Of a stretch of 64,000 nucleotides of DNA, positions 52,570 through 61,869 are shown piece by piece. Source of the stretch: Lachnospiraceae bacterium. GTDB lineage: Bacteria > Bacillota_I > Bacilli_A > RFN20 > CAG-826. The position numbers and the translations under genes were made by a program. The stretch spans positions 5,438 to 69,437 of the forward strand of contig CAVILR010000004.1 in NCBI GenBank assembly GCA_963643725.1, in the 5' to 3' direction. Under the pieces are notes generated by a model, which was given only the letters and a program-made list of their open reading frames with translations, was not told where the DNA came from and made no database searches. The stretch's first letter is position 1; each line of letters begins with the position of its first letter.

Positions 52570-53709
52570 TTAGAGTTTTTCAACAATTGGACCGTGTTTA
52601 TTGATTGAGACTAAGGCGACATTATGCTCGCCATATTTCTTTTTCATCTCTGTAAGAAAGTGATTAAGTTTATCAAGAGGAACTACGCAGATGATAGAGC
52701 CAGCAAAGCCACCTCCATTAATCTTACACGCCCCTTTATTATCCATTAACTCCATAGCTAAATCAGTCGCTTCTAATGGAGAATTTGTATATTCAGAGCC
52801 CACCATCATGTTTTTCAAATTATTCGTCGAAGATAATCTAGATTCGTTGATACAATCTAAGAATCCTTGCTCATCTTTATTTAATAAACATTCTTTCATC
52901 CTAATAACACGTCTATTCTCAGAGAAGAAATGTCTAGCTCTTTCCCGTTCAATGGTTGTTAGTGAAGGATCATCTTCGCTTTCACAATCTCTTAAGTAAT
53001 TGTGGCCCATCTTCTTCGCAGCATTCCACATATCAGTTGGTATTGAAGAATATAAATGCGATAAATTGGCGTGACTACCGCCGGTATTGACAATAACAAA
53101 TTGTAAATTGGCAAACGGGAACTCAATTTTCTCGACAAGAGGATTAGCGATATCTTTAAAATCGATAAATGAAAGATTGCCATAACCGCAGCCAATTTGG
53201 TCTAATAGACCAGAGGACTTACCAAAATCTGTATTTTCAGCATATTGTCCGGCTTTGGCGATAAATAATTTATCGAGTTTATCATCGTTATAAAAATAAT
53301 TAAATATTTCGCCAATAAGCGATTCAAATGCTGCGGAAGATGACACTCCTGCGCCAGGGAAAATATGACTAATCGAGGTCGCATCAAATCCTCCGATATT
53401 CGCTCCGTGTTCTTTAAAGTATCGCGCGATACCGCGAATTAAACCGCTCGTTGAGGCGCATTCATCATCTTTTTTATCTAAATCTGATAAATCTAAATCG
53501 ATAAAGCCATAACCAATAGAATTAAAGCGGACATGATTATCATCATTCGCTTTTAATACTGTTTCAATTGATAAATCGCATGTCGCAGCGATGCATAATC
53601 CGTGGTTATGGTCAGTATGATTACCAAGCACTTCGAATCTTCCATATGAAGAGGCTTTATGCGTTGGTTTATTTTTGAATGTTTTAATAAATTCGTTAAT
53701 TAAGTCCAT
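52570..53709 (-). CDS. galK: galactokinase
   Basis: GRFEVLGNHTDHNHG (GalK signature variant), GHMP motif PGAGVSSSAAFE, GGGFAGS. Confidence 0.9.
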   Translation of the reverse strand: MDLINEFIKTFKNKPTHKASSYGRFEVLGNHTDHNHGLCIAATCDLSIETVLKANDDNHVRFNSIGYGFIDLDLSDLDKKDDECASTSGLIRGIARYFKEHGANIGGFDATSISHIFPGAGVSSSAAFESLIGEIFNYFYNDDKLDKLFIAKAGQYAENTDFGKSSGLLDQIGCGYGNLSFIDFKDIANPLVEKIEFPFANLQFVIVNTGGSHANLSHLYSSIPTDMWNAAKKMGHNYLRDCESEDDPSLTTIERERARHFFSENRRVIRMKECLLNKDEQGFLDCINESRLSSTNNLKNMMVGSEYTNSPLEATDLAMELMDNKGACKINGGGFAGSIICVVPLDKLNHFLTEMKKKYGEHNVALVSINKHGPIVEKL

Positions 53710-53710
53710 A

Positions 53711-54697
53711 TCAGTTTATCTTCCTAAATTTATAGTAAATGAAATGCGAATATATCTCACCTTTATCTAAATAATGAAATTCAGCTTGGGAGGCACTTGG
53801 TTCAATAGCAATGCCTCGATGAGTTTTTTCTAATGACTGATTAAATGCTTCAATAGTCTCATAGTTGTCTGTGTATATTTGAACACCTGGATAATCAGTT
53901 TTAATATTCAGTTGATATTCTTTGTTCTTCAATTTGATTTGATAGATGCCATTGTCGAGTTTATCAAAATAGAAATAATGATCGTATCCAAGTGTCTTTG
54001 AATTAATTAAATAAGGGCAATTGATGTATTTAAGAATGTTTTTATATTTCGTAAAATCCATAACCTTATCAACATTTCTAATTTCAAGAGGTAATAAATC
54101 ATTTGGATTAGGATGAAGATATTTAGAGGCATTAATTTTTAGTTTTAAAAATCCAAGGTTATCGCTCCCTAAAGAGAAATACGCATGATTTGTTAATGAA
54201 CACATCGTTAGCTTATCGCTTGTTGCCTTGAAGGTTATTTTTAAACTGTCTTTGCCTATTGTATAAATGACTTGAGTGTTTAAATTTCCCACAAAACCTG
54301 GATGAGTTTCTGGATCTAGATATGAAAACGACACAACAATTGATGATTTGTTCTTCTTAATTATGTAAGCAAACTTTTTCGTGCTTAGACCATTATGGCC
54401 TCCGTGAAGAGTGTTCTCACCTTCGTTATTAGCGAGTGTAGAAACCTCACCACCAAGATTCACGGTGTTGCCTTTAAGGCGATTGGCCACTCTTCCGATC
54501 GTTTTTCCGTGATAGATATTTTCCTTAAAAAAATCATCCTTATTAGATGGAGTTAAAGTCATCAATTTATCATAATATTTAATTGAATATATCGACGCGC
54601 CTAAATCGCATAAGGTCACTTCGAAATGTCCATTTTTGATGAGTAAAAAAGTGAATGATTTATAATTAGAATAAGTAATCGAAATATTATTGTTCAT
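53711..54697 (-). CDS. galM: aldose 1-epimerase (mutarotase)
   Basis: GRVANRLKG, NEGENTLHGG, TNHAYF, IAIEP. Confidence 0.85.
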   Translation of the reverse strand: MNNNISITYSNYKSFTFLLIKNGHFEVTLCDLGASIYSIKYYDKLMTLTPSNKDDFFKENIYHGKTIGRVANRLKGNTVNLGGEVSTLANNEGENTLHGGHNGLSTKKFAYIIKKNKSSIVVSFSYLDPETHPGFVGNLNTQVIYTIGKDSLKITFKATSDKLTMCSLTNHAYFSLGSDNLGFLKLKINASKYLHPNPNDLLPLEIRNVDKVMDFTKYKNILKYINCPYLINSKTLGYDHYFYFDKLDNGIYQIKLKNKEYQLNIKTDYPGVQIYTDNYETIEAFNQSLEKTHRGIAIEPSASQAEFHYLDKGEIYSHFIYYKFRKIN

Positions 54698-54775
54698 AAA
54701 GTTATGATAATTATAACTAATTAAACTTAATTACGTTAGACAAATATTGACAAAAAACTTAATGTCTTACACTTT

Positions 54776-56518
54776 TTACTGTTTGTTACTAACTGAGACG
54801 AAATTCTCTTCATCCTCTTGACTAATTGAATACGTTTTATCAGTTCCAAATATCTTGGCAATATTACTACAATGTGAAGCAACACGTTCATAGCAGTTGA
54901 TGATATCGACATAAATAAGCTCGATAAATCTCGTACTAATTTGACCATCTATCGATGTCTCTTTTTCAAAATGCTCATTGATTATGGAATTTAACTCCTC
55001 ATTAAACACGCGTCTAGCCTTAATCACTTCAATGCCTTTAATTTTATCAGCTTCTTCATATACTTTAATCGTCTTATCAATAAAAGATACGGCCTTATCA
55101 TTCATCTTAATAAATAGTTCTTTTTCTTCATCTTTTAAACTATCTTTCTTTTCCTTGATGTTACGATAGAAATTAATAAGATTCTCACCGTAATCGCCGA
55201 TACGTTCAATGTCCTTACTGGCTTTAAGGATGCTAAGCAATAACGTAACATCATCTTCATTTAAATTATCTTTTTCGCAAGTTGATAGATATTCATTGAG
55301 CTGACGGTCAATCATATCGATATTCGTTTCAATATTTAAGATAAATTCAGCATCTTCTTCTTTGAAGGAATATAAATATTCCTTTATCGATTCAAACATC
55401 AATCTATCATAGGAAAACATTGTCAATGTTCTTTTCTTTGCTAAGGCGAGTCCCTCACTAGGAAATTCCTTCATCAAACCATAATCAAGAGGCTTAATTG
55501 GCTCTAACGCTTTTTTATGTTCATCGGTTGGAATAATTTTGTTGATGAGATTAGATATCGGCTTTAATAGAACAAAGAATATTGTTCCGGTGACAAGATT
55601 AAAGATTAGATGAGAAATAGCAATTTGAAACATCGGAGAAACATACCAATAGGCAATGCTTCCATCATCATTAACACTCGCCCAATAGTTAATATTTGAT
55701 AAGAAGTCGCGAAATATATAAATAACTCCCATAAAGAGCAAGGCGCCAGTGACATTAAATAGAACATGGAATAAAGCAACTTTTTTGCTTTCCTTTGATC
55801 CGCCGATGGAGGCAAATAAGGCGGTAGAAGTCGTGCCAATATTAGCTCCAAAGAGAACTGGAAGGATACCAAATAAACTAATCGATGTACCCGCGCTTAC
55901 GGCATATAATCCCTGCACAACACCAATAACTGCGCTGGAGGATTGAAGGCAGATGGTTGTTAATGTTCCAATAGCTAATCCTAACCATGGAGAAGTGTTT
56001 AATGTTTCAAAAAACGAGGCAAACCATGGTTCTTTTGCAATTGTTGATAGATTTATCTCCATGAGCCATAAACCAAGAAATAACGCACCAAAAGCAAAAC
56101 AAAGTTCGCCGACATTGGCCAATTTCTTCTTCGTAGCAAACATCAATATCAATGAACCGACGAATAAAATTAGAGGAAAATATTCAGCTAAAGGAATAGA
56201 GACAATAAATGCTGTTATTGTCGTTCCGATGTTAGCTCCAATTATTATCGCCGCGGCTTGAATAAAACTCATAACTCCCGCGCGAACTAAACCAATCGTT
56301 AAAGCGCTTGTCCCGCTGGAGGATTGTATAATCGCGGTAAAAGAGGTGCCAACGAGTAAACCCTTCCACGGGCTATCGCTCAATTTATTGACAACGCCTG
56401 ATAATTTCGATGACGCCATTCGTTTAAGCGTCGCCGACAATGCATAAATTCCATAAAGGAAGAGGCCTAAGCCAGATAGAGTCATCGTCCAGAATGCAAA
56501 TTGATACCAGGCAAACAT
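54776..56518 (-). CDS. Na+/phosphate cotransporter family protein with C-terminal PhoU-like repeats
   Basis: Duplicated QSSSA/GANIGTT motifs (IQSSSGTSALTIGL, GANIGTTITA; LQSSSAVIGV, GANIGTTSTA) and a helical soluble C-terminus. Confidence 0.85.
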   Translation of the reverse strand: MFAWYQFAFWTMTLSGLGLFLYGIYALSATLKRMASSKLSGVVNKLSDSPWKGLLVGTSFTAIIQSSSGTSALTIGLVRAGVMSFIQAAAIIIGANIGTTITAFIVSIPLAEYFPLILFVGSLILMFATKKKLANVGELCFAFGALFLGLWLMEINLSTIAKEPWFASFFETLNTSPWLGLAIGTLTTICLQSSSAVIGVVQGLYAVSAGTSISLFGILPVLFGANIGTTSTALFASIGGSKESKKVALFHVLFNVTGALLFMGVIYIFRDFLSNINYWASVNDDGSIAYWYVSPMFQIAISHLIFNLVTGTIFFVLLKPISNLINKIIPTDEHKKALEPIKPLDYGLMKEFPSEGLALAKKRTLTMFSYDRLMFESIKEYLYSFKEEDAEFILNIETNIDMIDRQLNEYLSTCEKDNLNEDDVTLLLSILKASKDIERIGDYGENLINFYRNIKEKKDSLKDEEKELFIKMNDKAVSFIDKTIKVYEEADKIKGIEVIKARRVFNEELNSIINEHFEKETSIDGQISTRFIELIYVDIINCYERVASHCSNIAKIFGTDKTYSISQEDEENFVSVSNKQ

Positions 56519-56663
56519 TTTTCGCCTAAATTATCGCAAGAACAATGCGATATAAAAACAAGAACTTCATGAAAGCGGTTTATATTATCTATTTTTGATA
56601 ATAGTCGTCCTAAATTACTTCATCTAATACGAGAAATGAAATAATTGACAACAGTTATCTAAA

Positions 56664-57959
56664 TTAAATAGTCAACCAATAAGTTCCTTTTGTCGCACCG
56701 ACACGTTTAATTTTCCCTTCGTTTTTAAGTGTTTTAATTATTTGCGAAACTCTAGTTGTGCCTAAGCCAACAAGCTGTGAAATTTCTTTAATCGTAAATG
56801 TCGGGTTATTTTTAATAACGTCAAATACAGCTTTTTGCGATTTAGTTAAATCGTCTAACTGGCTATGACAATACGAAGGCTTATAAGCGAATGGAATAGT
56901 TACAATAATATGATTTGTTCCTATTTCAAACGCTTTTGTTGAATATTTTTGAACAATTGTAGGTACGCCATGACCAGTTTGTTCAATCATATTTAATTGT
57001 CCCATTATCTTTTGTAGTCCGATGTTGACAGGGCGAGAAACACCCATAAAGAATTCTTCTTTACTATAGTCAAAAGGTAATCCACCAGTTGAAATAATTT
57101 CTATGCGATCATCAAACATATATATAGCTGGAGGAACATTTTTAATCCATCGATTATGCAGGCAAGCATTAGTCCAGGCTTCATCGAAACATTTAGCGTC
57201 AAATAATGGGTATTCTACTCTTGTTATTCCCTTGCTTAAATCAACGCGCGTTTCATTAAATGAGATAACGTATTCATATGCTTTTTTCATAGCTATTAAT
57301 AAGCATTGATAACCAAATTCATTACGCGAAATCATTTCAGTTTTATCGACACCACTAAAACGAACAACCTTGATGGAACAATTGTTGTTGTCTGATAATA
57401 TCTCAGCTAGATAGTTAAATTTCCCGTTCTTAGTTAATAGACCTGTGTTCTTAAAAAAGGTTTTATTATCAATTGATAACTTATGTGAAATATATAGAGA
57501 TTTAAGTTGTTCAAACGTAGGATTTTGATTAATTGCTTCAGCATTATCCATTAACGCTAATGAATTAGACATAATTAATTCGTTCATCACATCAGGTTCA
57601 ATTTGTTTATCCTCGCTTGCAACGCGAATTCGATATTCGCCTTTGCACGAATATGGTTTGTTATAGCCTTGAGCTTCGACGACAATAATTGTTGAATTGT
57701 TGTAGAATTCAAAAGAAACCTTTGGAACAACATGAGGCAATATCAATTCATGAATACGTTTTCCAATCTTCTTCAATGTTTCCTCTCCAATGTTGTTATT
57801 TAACCCAATAATTGTCCCATCGTTAGCAACGCCAAAATAAAGCTTTCCTTTACCGCTTTTATTTAGCATTGCCGATAAACTCAAAATGCCCTTATCTAAC
57901 TCCGCAATGGAGGTTTTAAATTCCTGATTTTCGTTTTCGAAAGGTATTTCTAATTTCAT
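56664..57959 (-). CDS. COG2865-type protein: Schlafen/AlbA_2 plus HATPase_c_4-like plus C-terminal wHTH (paralog of 48283..49710)
   Basis: ENQEFKTS...LYFGVANDGTIIGL...IIVVEAQGYNKPY (AlbA_2). DEAWTNACLHNRW...DDRIEIISTGGLP. C-terminal FTIKEISQLVGLGTTRVSQII HTH. Confidence 0.8.
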   Translation of the reverse strand: MKLEIPFENENQEFKTSIAELDKGILSLSAMLNKSGKGKLYFGVANDGTIIGLNNNIGEETLKKIGKRIHELILPHVVPKVSFEFYNNSTIIVVEAQGYNKPYSCKGEYRIRVASEDKQIEPDVMNELIMSNSLALMDNAEAINQNPTFEQLKSLYISHKLSIDNKTFFKNTGLLTKNGKFNYLAEILSDNNNCSIKVVRFSGVDKTEMISRNEFGYQCLLIAMKKAYEYVISFNETRVDLSKGITRVEYPLFDAKCFDEAWTNACLHNRWIKNVPPAIYMFDDRIEIISTGGLPFDYSKEEFFMGVSRPVNIGLQKIMGQLNMIEQTGHGVPTIVQKYSTKAFEIGTNHIIVTIPFAYKPSYCHSQLDDLTKSQKAVFDVIKNNPTFTIKEISQLVGLGTTRVSQIIKTLKNEGKIKRVGATKGTYWLTI

Positions 57960-57987
57960 AATAATTTACTCGCAATTTTCTAAAATT

Positions 57988-58016
57988 ATTATAAATAAAC
58001 CATTGCCTGATTGCAA
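57988..58016 (-). promoter_or_regulatory. candidate sigma-70 promoter of the COG2865 paralog
   Basis: On the minus strand: TTGCAA, 17 nt, TATAAT, about 28 nt upstream of the ATG and immediately downstream of the 33-bp repeat array. Confidence 0.4.
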
Positions 58017-58020
58017 GGGA

Positions 58021-58119
58021 TTAATACACTTTTAATACACTTTACGAGAATTATTAATACACTATTAACACACTATTGCTTATTTATTAATACACTTTTA
58101 ATACACATTGAGGTGTACT
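58021..58119. repeat. 33-bp tandem repeat x3; each unit is a 20-bp conserved core (an 11-bp dimer of TTAATACAC) plus a 13-bp variable part
   Basis: TTAATACAC (one TTAACACAC variant) at 58021, 58032, 58054, 58065, 58087 and 58098. That is 11-bp spacing within pairs and 33-bp spacing between pairs. Confidence 0.85.
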
Positions 58120-58843
58120 AATCACCGTTATGCATAGCGTCCCGAGCCGATTTAACATCTATTTTTTGAAAGGTCACCATATCAACAAATGGTAATACGT
58201 TATCTAGTTGTTCTAAAGTTTCAATCGTCCAGACATTAATTGTTTTTCCTTGTTTGCGATAAGATATTGCTTCATCACAACTAACTATTCCTTGCTCGAT
58301 ATCAGCTCCATCAAAAAGTCGCACATATTCCCATTTCCACGATTCATTTCTATCGATTAATAGCTGTCTTTTGAAACGATTATCCATCATTTTAAGCGCA
58401 TCCACATCAAATGAGATGATAACGATCTTACTAGAATCACTAATATCTTTTAATTCTTCTTTAACTCTTTTAACTAACTTTAGAGCGTTATTGTTATACG
58501 TCTTTAATTCAACAATAATAGGCACTTGTTCGTTATTTAAAGTTAGTACTTCTTTTAAAGAAGGGATTTCTTCACCATCTAATAGATGATAATTATCTTT
58601 GATTTCCTTAAATGTTAATTGTTCGATTATGCCATGTTTATTTGTCACGCGAAATAAATCGCTATCATGAGACACAACTAATTCATCATCTTTAGTTAGA
58701 TGAACATCGAGTTCAAAAGCGAGATGATGATTAATCGCGTTTTCAAACGCTTTTAATCCGTTCTCTATACATTCATCATTAAATAACCCGCGATGAGCAA
58801 TTAACTTAGGAATACTTTTATGTTCATTAAAGGTTTTTAACAT
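58118..58843 (-). CDS. glycerophosphodiester phosphodiesterase (GDPD family)
   Basis: LIAHRGL...ENGLKAFENA...FELDVHLTKDDELVVSHD. Confidence 0.85.
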   Translation of the reverse strand: MLKTFNEHKSIPKLIAHRGLFNDECIENGLKAFENAINHHLAFELDVHLTKDDELVVSHDSDLFRVTNKHGIIEQLTFKEIKDNYHLLDGEEIPSLKEVLTLNNEQVPIIVELKTYNNNALKLVKRVKEELKDISDSSKIVIISFDVDALKMMDNRFKRQLLIDRNESWKWEYVRLFDGADIEQGIVSCDEAISYRKQGKTINVWTIETLEQLDNVLPFVDMVTFQKIDVKSARDAMHNGD

Positions 58844-59420
58844 TTGTTAATTCCAGAAAATCCGGAAGGGTTTCACACCACGCACAGAACTTTCTCCACT
58901 CCTCAAGTTTATGAAAACGTCTTTGAATATACATGGTCTTTAGTTGTTGATAATTGGTGGTCATCGTCGCCCCTAGGCAAAAGCCACATGGCAAAGACGC
59001 GACAAGTTCTCGCCACTTATCTACCTTGTTTGGATCTTTTTCATCCAAAGCATTATATTCATCGATCAAGCGCTTCATAATCGCAAGTATTTCTTTATTA
59101 GTTTCCTTAACGCATTGGCTTTCGACATCGAATTTAAGTAAACAATGCATCGTCGATTGAGAGGAAACAAAATCAAACCAATGATATCTTTGCGCTTGCT
59201 TCCAAAAATATAATGGGGCGGTTATATCTAATTGAACAATGATTCCCTTTAAAAAATTGTCATGTCCTAATCCATTACGGCATGAGCCTAATTTATACGC
59301 GCGTTGTTTATCCTTTTCACTAACTTCAGATGTATCAAATTTAGTTCGCATCGGATTGCCTGATGCCTTAAATGACTTATCTAAGCCGTAAACAGAAGTG
59401 TTCTCAATCTTAAATTCCAT
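58827..59420 (-). CDS. divergent ThyX-fold (flavin-dependent thymidylate synthase-like) protein with a degenerate RHR-S motif
   Basis: Motif order is colinear with ThyX: GLGHDNFLKGIIVQLDITAPLYFWKQAQRYHWFDFVSSQS versus [38 protein letters not shown]. Later, LP...TTNYQQLKTMYIQRR...EEWR versus LP...TVNARSLMNFLNLR...EIQ. RHR is replaced by RYH. Confidence 0.5.
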   Translation of the reverse strand: MEFKIENTSVYGLDKSFKASGNPMRTKFDTSEVSEKDKQRAYKLGSCRNGLGHDNFLKGIIVQLDITAPLYFWKQAQRYHWFDFVSSQSTMHCLLKFDVESQCVKETNKEILAIMKRLIDEYNALDEKDPNKVDKWRELVASLPCGFCLGATMTTNYQQLKTMYIQRRFHKLEEWRKFCAWCETLPDFLELTNVKNL

Positions 59421-60213
59421 ATTCGTTATCCTTTGCTATTTTTAATAAATTTTCATATAACGCCAATCGAGTTAATAATCCAACTCCGCCAGGAACAGGC
59501 GTTTTTAATCTAACATCCAAATCCTCTAAGGCATCGCCATGAAGGCCTTCTTCATCGCGGTTAATGCCAACATCGACAATAACTGCATCTTTTTTATATT
59601 TAAAACGGTTATCGAGGAAATGTTTTTTTCCAATCGCCACGACAACTATATCAGCATTTTCAATATAGCGATGCATATCATCAAATGATGTCTTTGAATG
59701 CAAAACTGTTACATTCGCACTTCTAGATAATAGTAGCTTAGCCATCGGCTTGCCAACGATGTTGCTTCTTCCGATGACAACAGCATTTTTTCCTAAAATA
59801 TCAATCTTTTCGCGTTCGAGATAATTAAGAATCCCTTGAGGAGTGCACGGGTTTAATTTTGATAAGGGATTAAATCCATCTACATCCTTTTCTGGAGCAA
59901 CGCTAATCTTGATTAATTCTTCATCGATTTGCTTTGGAAGAGGCATTTGAACGATAAATCCGGTAACTGAATCATCTTTATTTAAGTTATCAATTTCTTT
60001 TAATAAATCTTCCATCGATGCGTTTTTATCAACTTTATGCAATATAGCATTAACGCCTAATTCATTCGCATCTTTTAATTTGCCTTTAATGTAGATATTG
60101 CTAGCTTCATCATCATTCATTTGCACGATGACAAACTTAACTGGTTTATGAAGTTTTGAAAACTCATCTTTAAGTTCTAATTTTCTTTCTTTAACGTATT
60201 CTTTAATAGTCAT
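59410..60213 (-). CDS. folD: bifunctional 5,10-methylene-THF dehydrogenase/cyclohydrolase
   Basis: VIVQMNDDEASNIYIKGK, DVDGFNP, VVIGRSNIVGKPMAKLL, VDVGINR, PVPGGVG. Confidence 0.9.
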   Translation of the reverse strand: MTIKEYVKERKLELKDEFSKLHKPVKFVIVQMNDDEASNIYIKGKLKDANELGVNAILHKVDKNASMEDLLKEIDNLNKDDSVTGFIVQMPLPKQIDEELIKISVAPEKDVDGFNPLSKLNPCTPQGILNYLEREKIDILGKNAVVIGRSNIVGKPMAKLLLSRSANVTVLHSKTSFDDMHRYIENADIVVVAIGKKHFLDNRFKYKKDAVIVDVGINRDEEGLHGDALEDLDVRLKTPVPGGVGLLTRLALYENLLKIAKDNEYGI

Positions 60214-60734
60214 AAACGAAAAACCAACTTCACTTGGATAAATATTATATTTATAAGATTAAGAAATAAAGTGTTTCATTATGAACTTGGCTTAAATGGA
60301 TAAAAAAATGTAATAAAAAAGCATTAAGATACTTCAATAATCTCAGAATGAATTTCCATAAACTGAAATAGCAATGAATCTTGAGTACGAATAATATACT
60401 TGCCTGTCCATAATTTTTACATCGCGAGATATAATTTTGCTCTAGAATATTTCTTCAACAGTTCGAATTTTCGACCCTGTAATAAAACGATGTCACGTGC
60501 AATATCAATATAGGTATTTGTATCGATTGTAACGGCATTTTCATAATTAAGATAAACAATATTATCAACACGTTGTTGGAGTGTTTTGGGATTGAAATAG
60601 CGCAAAATTGAAAAAATATCCATCTAGTCTATCTTCATTAGATGCCTGAACATATGCTTCAAAACTCCTTATTAATTGTTTTTCCAATTTTTTGTACTGC
60701 AAAACTACTAGCTTCTGCGCTTTATCTTGACGAG

Positions 60735-60815
60735 AGTATGAAGGAGTATGAAAATAAAATCGAAGTATGAAAGAGTATGAAAGAAAATGAAAAGTATGAA
60801 GGAGTATGAAAGTAA
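60735..60815. repeat. 29-bp tandem repeat x about 2.8; each unit carries two AGTATGAA(A/G)G motifs 10 bp apart
   Basis: AGTATGAA at 60735, 60745, 60764, 60774, 60793 and 60803. The array spans the start codon region of the ATPase gene at 60787. Confidence 0.8.
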
Positions 60816-61842
60816 CCCATTTACCTTGTCTTTTGGCAATAAACCCTACGAATACGTAAGTAGACAAAAAGATAAAGAAGAAATCATTAATAAACTTACT
60901 AATGAGCCACCTGTATCACACTGCTTTGTTATAACAGGCGTTAGAGGTTCAGGAAAAACGGTGATGCTCACATCTATTTCAAGATACTTTTTAGAAAAAG
61001 AGGATTGGGTTGTTGTTGGTCTTAATCCTGAAGATGATATGAGGGAAGCTCTTGCTGCCAAATTATATACTTCAGCTAAGATCAAACATCTTTTTCTTGA
61101 AAAGAATTTTAACTTTTCTTTCCACGGGTTATCTTTTTCTATTTCTGGTAAAAATCCTATTCTAAACATTGATGATTTATTAAATAAGATGTTAAAAGAA
61201 ATATCTAAACATCATGTAAAAATCTTAATCACCATAAATGAAGCAACAAATAACAAATATATGAAGCAATTAGCTTTATCATTTCAAATGCTCATCCGTG
61301 AAGACTATCAATTATTTATCTTGGCAACAGGTTTATTTGAAAATATCTCGGCACTTGATAATGAGATTTTTAATAGAACTCAAAAGTTTTATTTATCACC
61401 TCTTAATCTAGTAGCAATCGCTAGTTCATATAAAGCGACACTATCTATAGAAAATAATGAAGCTATAAAATGTGCAAAACTCACAAAAGGATACGCGTTT
61501 GCTTTTCAACTACTAGGGTATTTAATGTTTGAAGGTAAGAAAAAGACGATTGATGATGATTTGTTAAGTAAATATGATCAATATCTTGACGAATTCACCT
61601 ATTCTAAAATATGGTCATCTCTAACTATGGTTGAGCAAAAAATCCTTTCATCGATAAAGTCAAATAATCCTGTTCCGGTTTCCAATATTCTAAAAGATTT
61701 AAACATGCCAAAAGAGTACTATTCGCGTTATAGGGACCGCTTAATCAAGAAAGGGTTAATAGATGGTTCTCAACGAGGGAGCGTAGTGTTAACATTACCT
61801 CGTTTTTCCGAATTTATTCAAAACAAATTACTATTTTTATAA
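60787..61842 (+). CDS. AAA+/STAND-like ATP-binding protein with C-terminal wHTH
   Basis: NPFTLSFGNKPYEYVSRQKDKEEI N-terminus typical of this orphan ATPase family. Walker A GVRGSGKT. C-terminal wHTH (VSNILKDLNMPKEYYSRYRDRLIKKGLI). Confidence 0.75.
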   Translation: MKSMKEYESNPFTLSFGNKPYEYVSRQKDKEEIINKLTNEPPVSHCFVITGVRGSGKTVMLTSISRYFLEKEDWVVVGLNPEDDMREALAAKLYTSAKIKHLFLEKNFNFSFHGLSFSISGKNPILNIDDLLNKMLKEISKHHVKILITINEATNNKYMKQLALSFQMLIREDYQLFILATGLFENISALDNEIFNRTQKFYLSPLNLVAIASSYKATLSIENNEAIKCAKLTKGYAFAFQLLGYLMFEGKKKTIDDDLLSKYDQYLDEFTYSKIWSSLTMVEQKILSSIKSNNPVPVSNILKDLNMPKEYYSRYRDRLIKKGLIDGSQRGSVVLTLPRFSEFIQNKLLFL

Positions 61843-61869
61843 AAAGACTAATTAAATAGCCTGGCTTGT

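Noticed and set aside
58021-58106. TTAATACAC repeats as a DnaA-box cluster or replication origin
   Set aside because: They match the TTATCCACA consensus poorly (about 6 of 9 at best). No dnaA or dnaN is nearby, and the array sits in an ordinary promoter position.
60214-60416. Possible ZTP/THF-type riboswitch upstream of folD
   Set aside because: The leader is almost pure AT, with none of the GC-rich conserved cores (for example GGGTCGTGA or CCGGGCGGAC...GCCTGGGCA).
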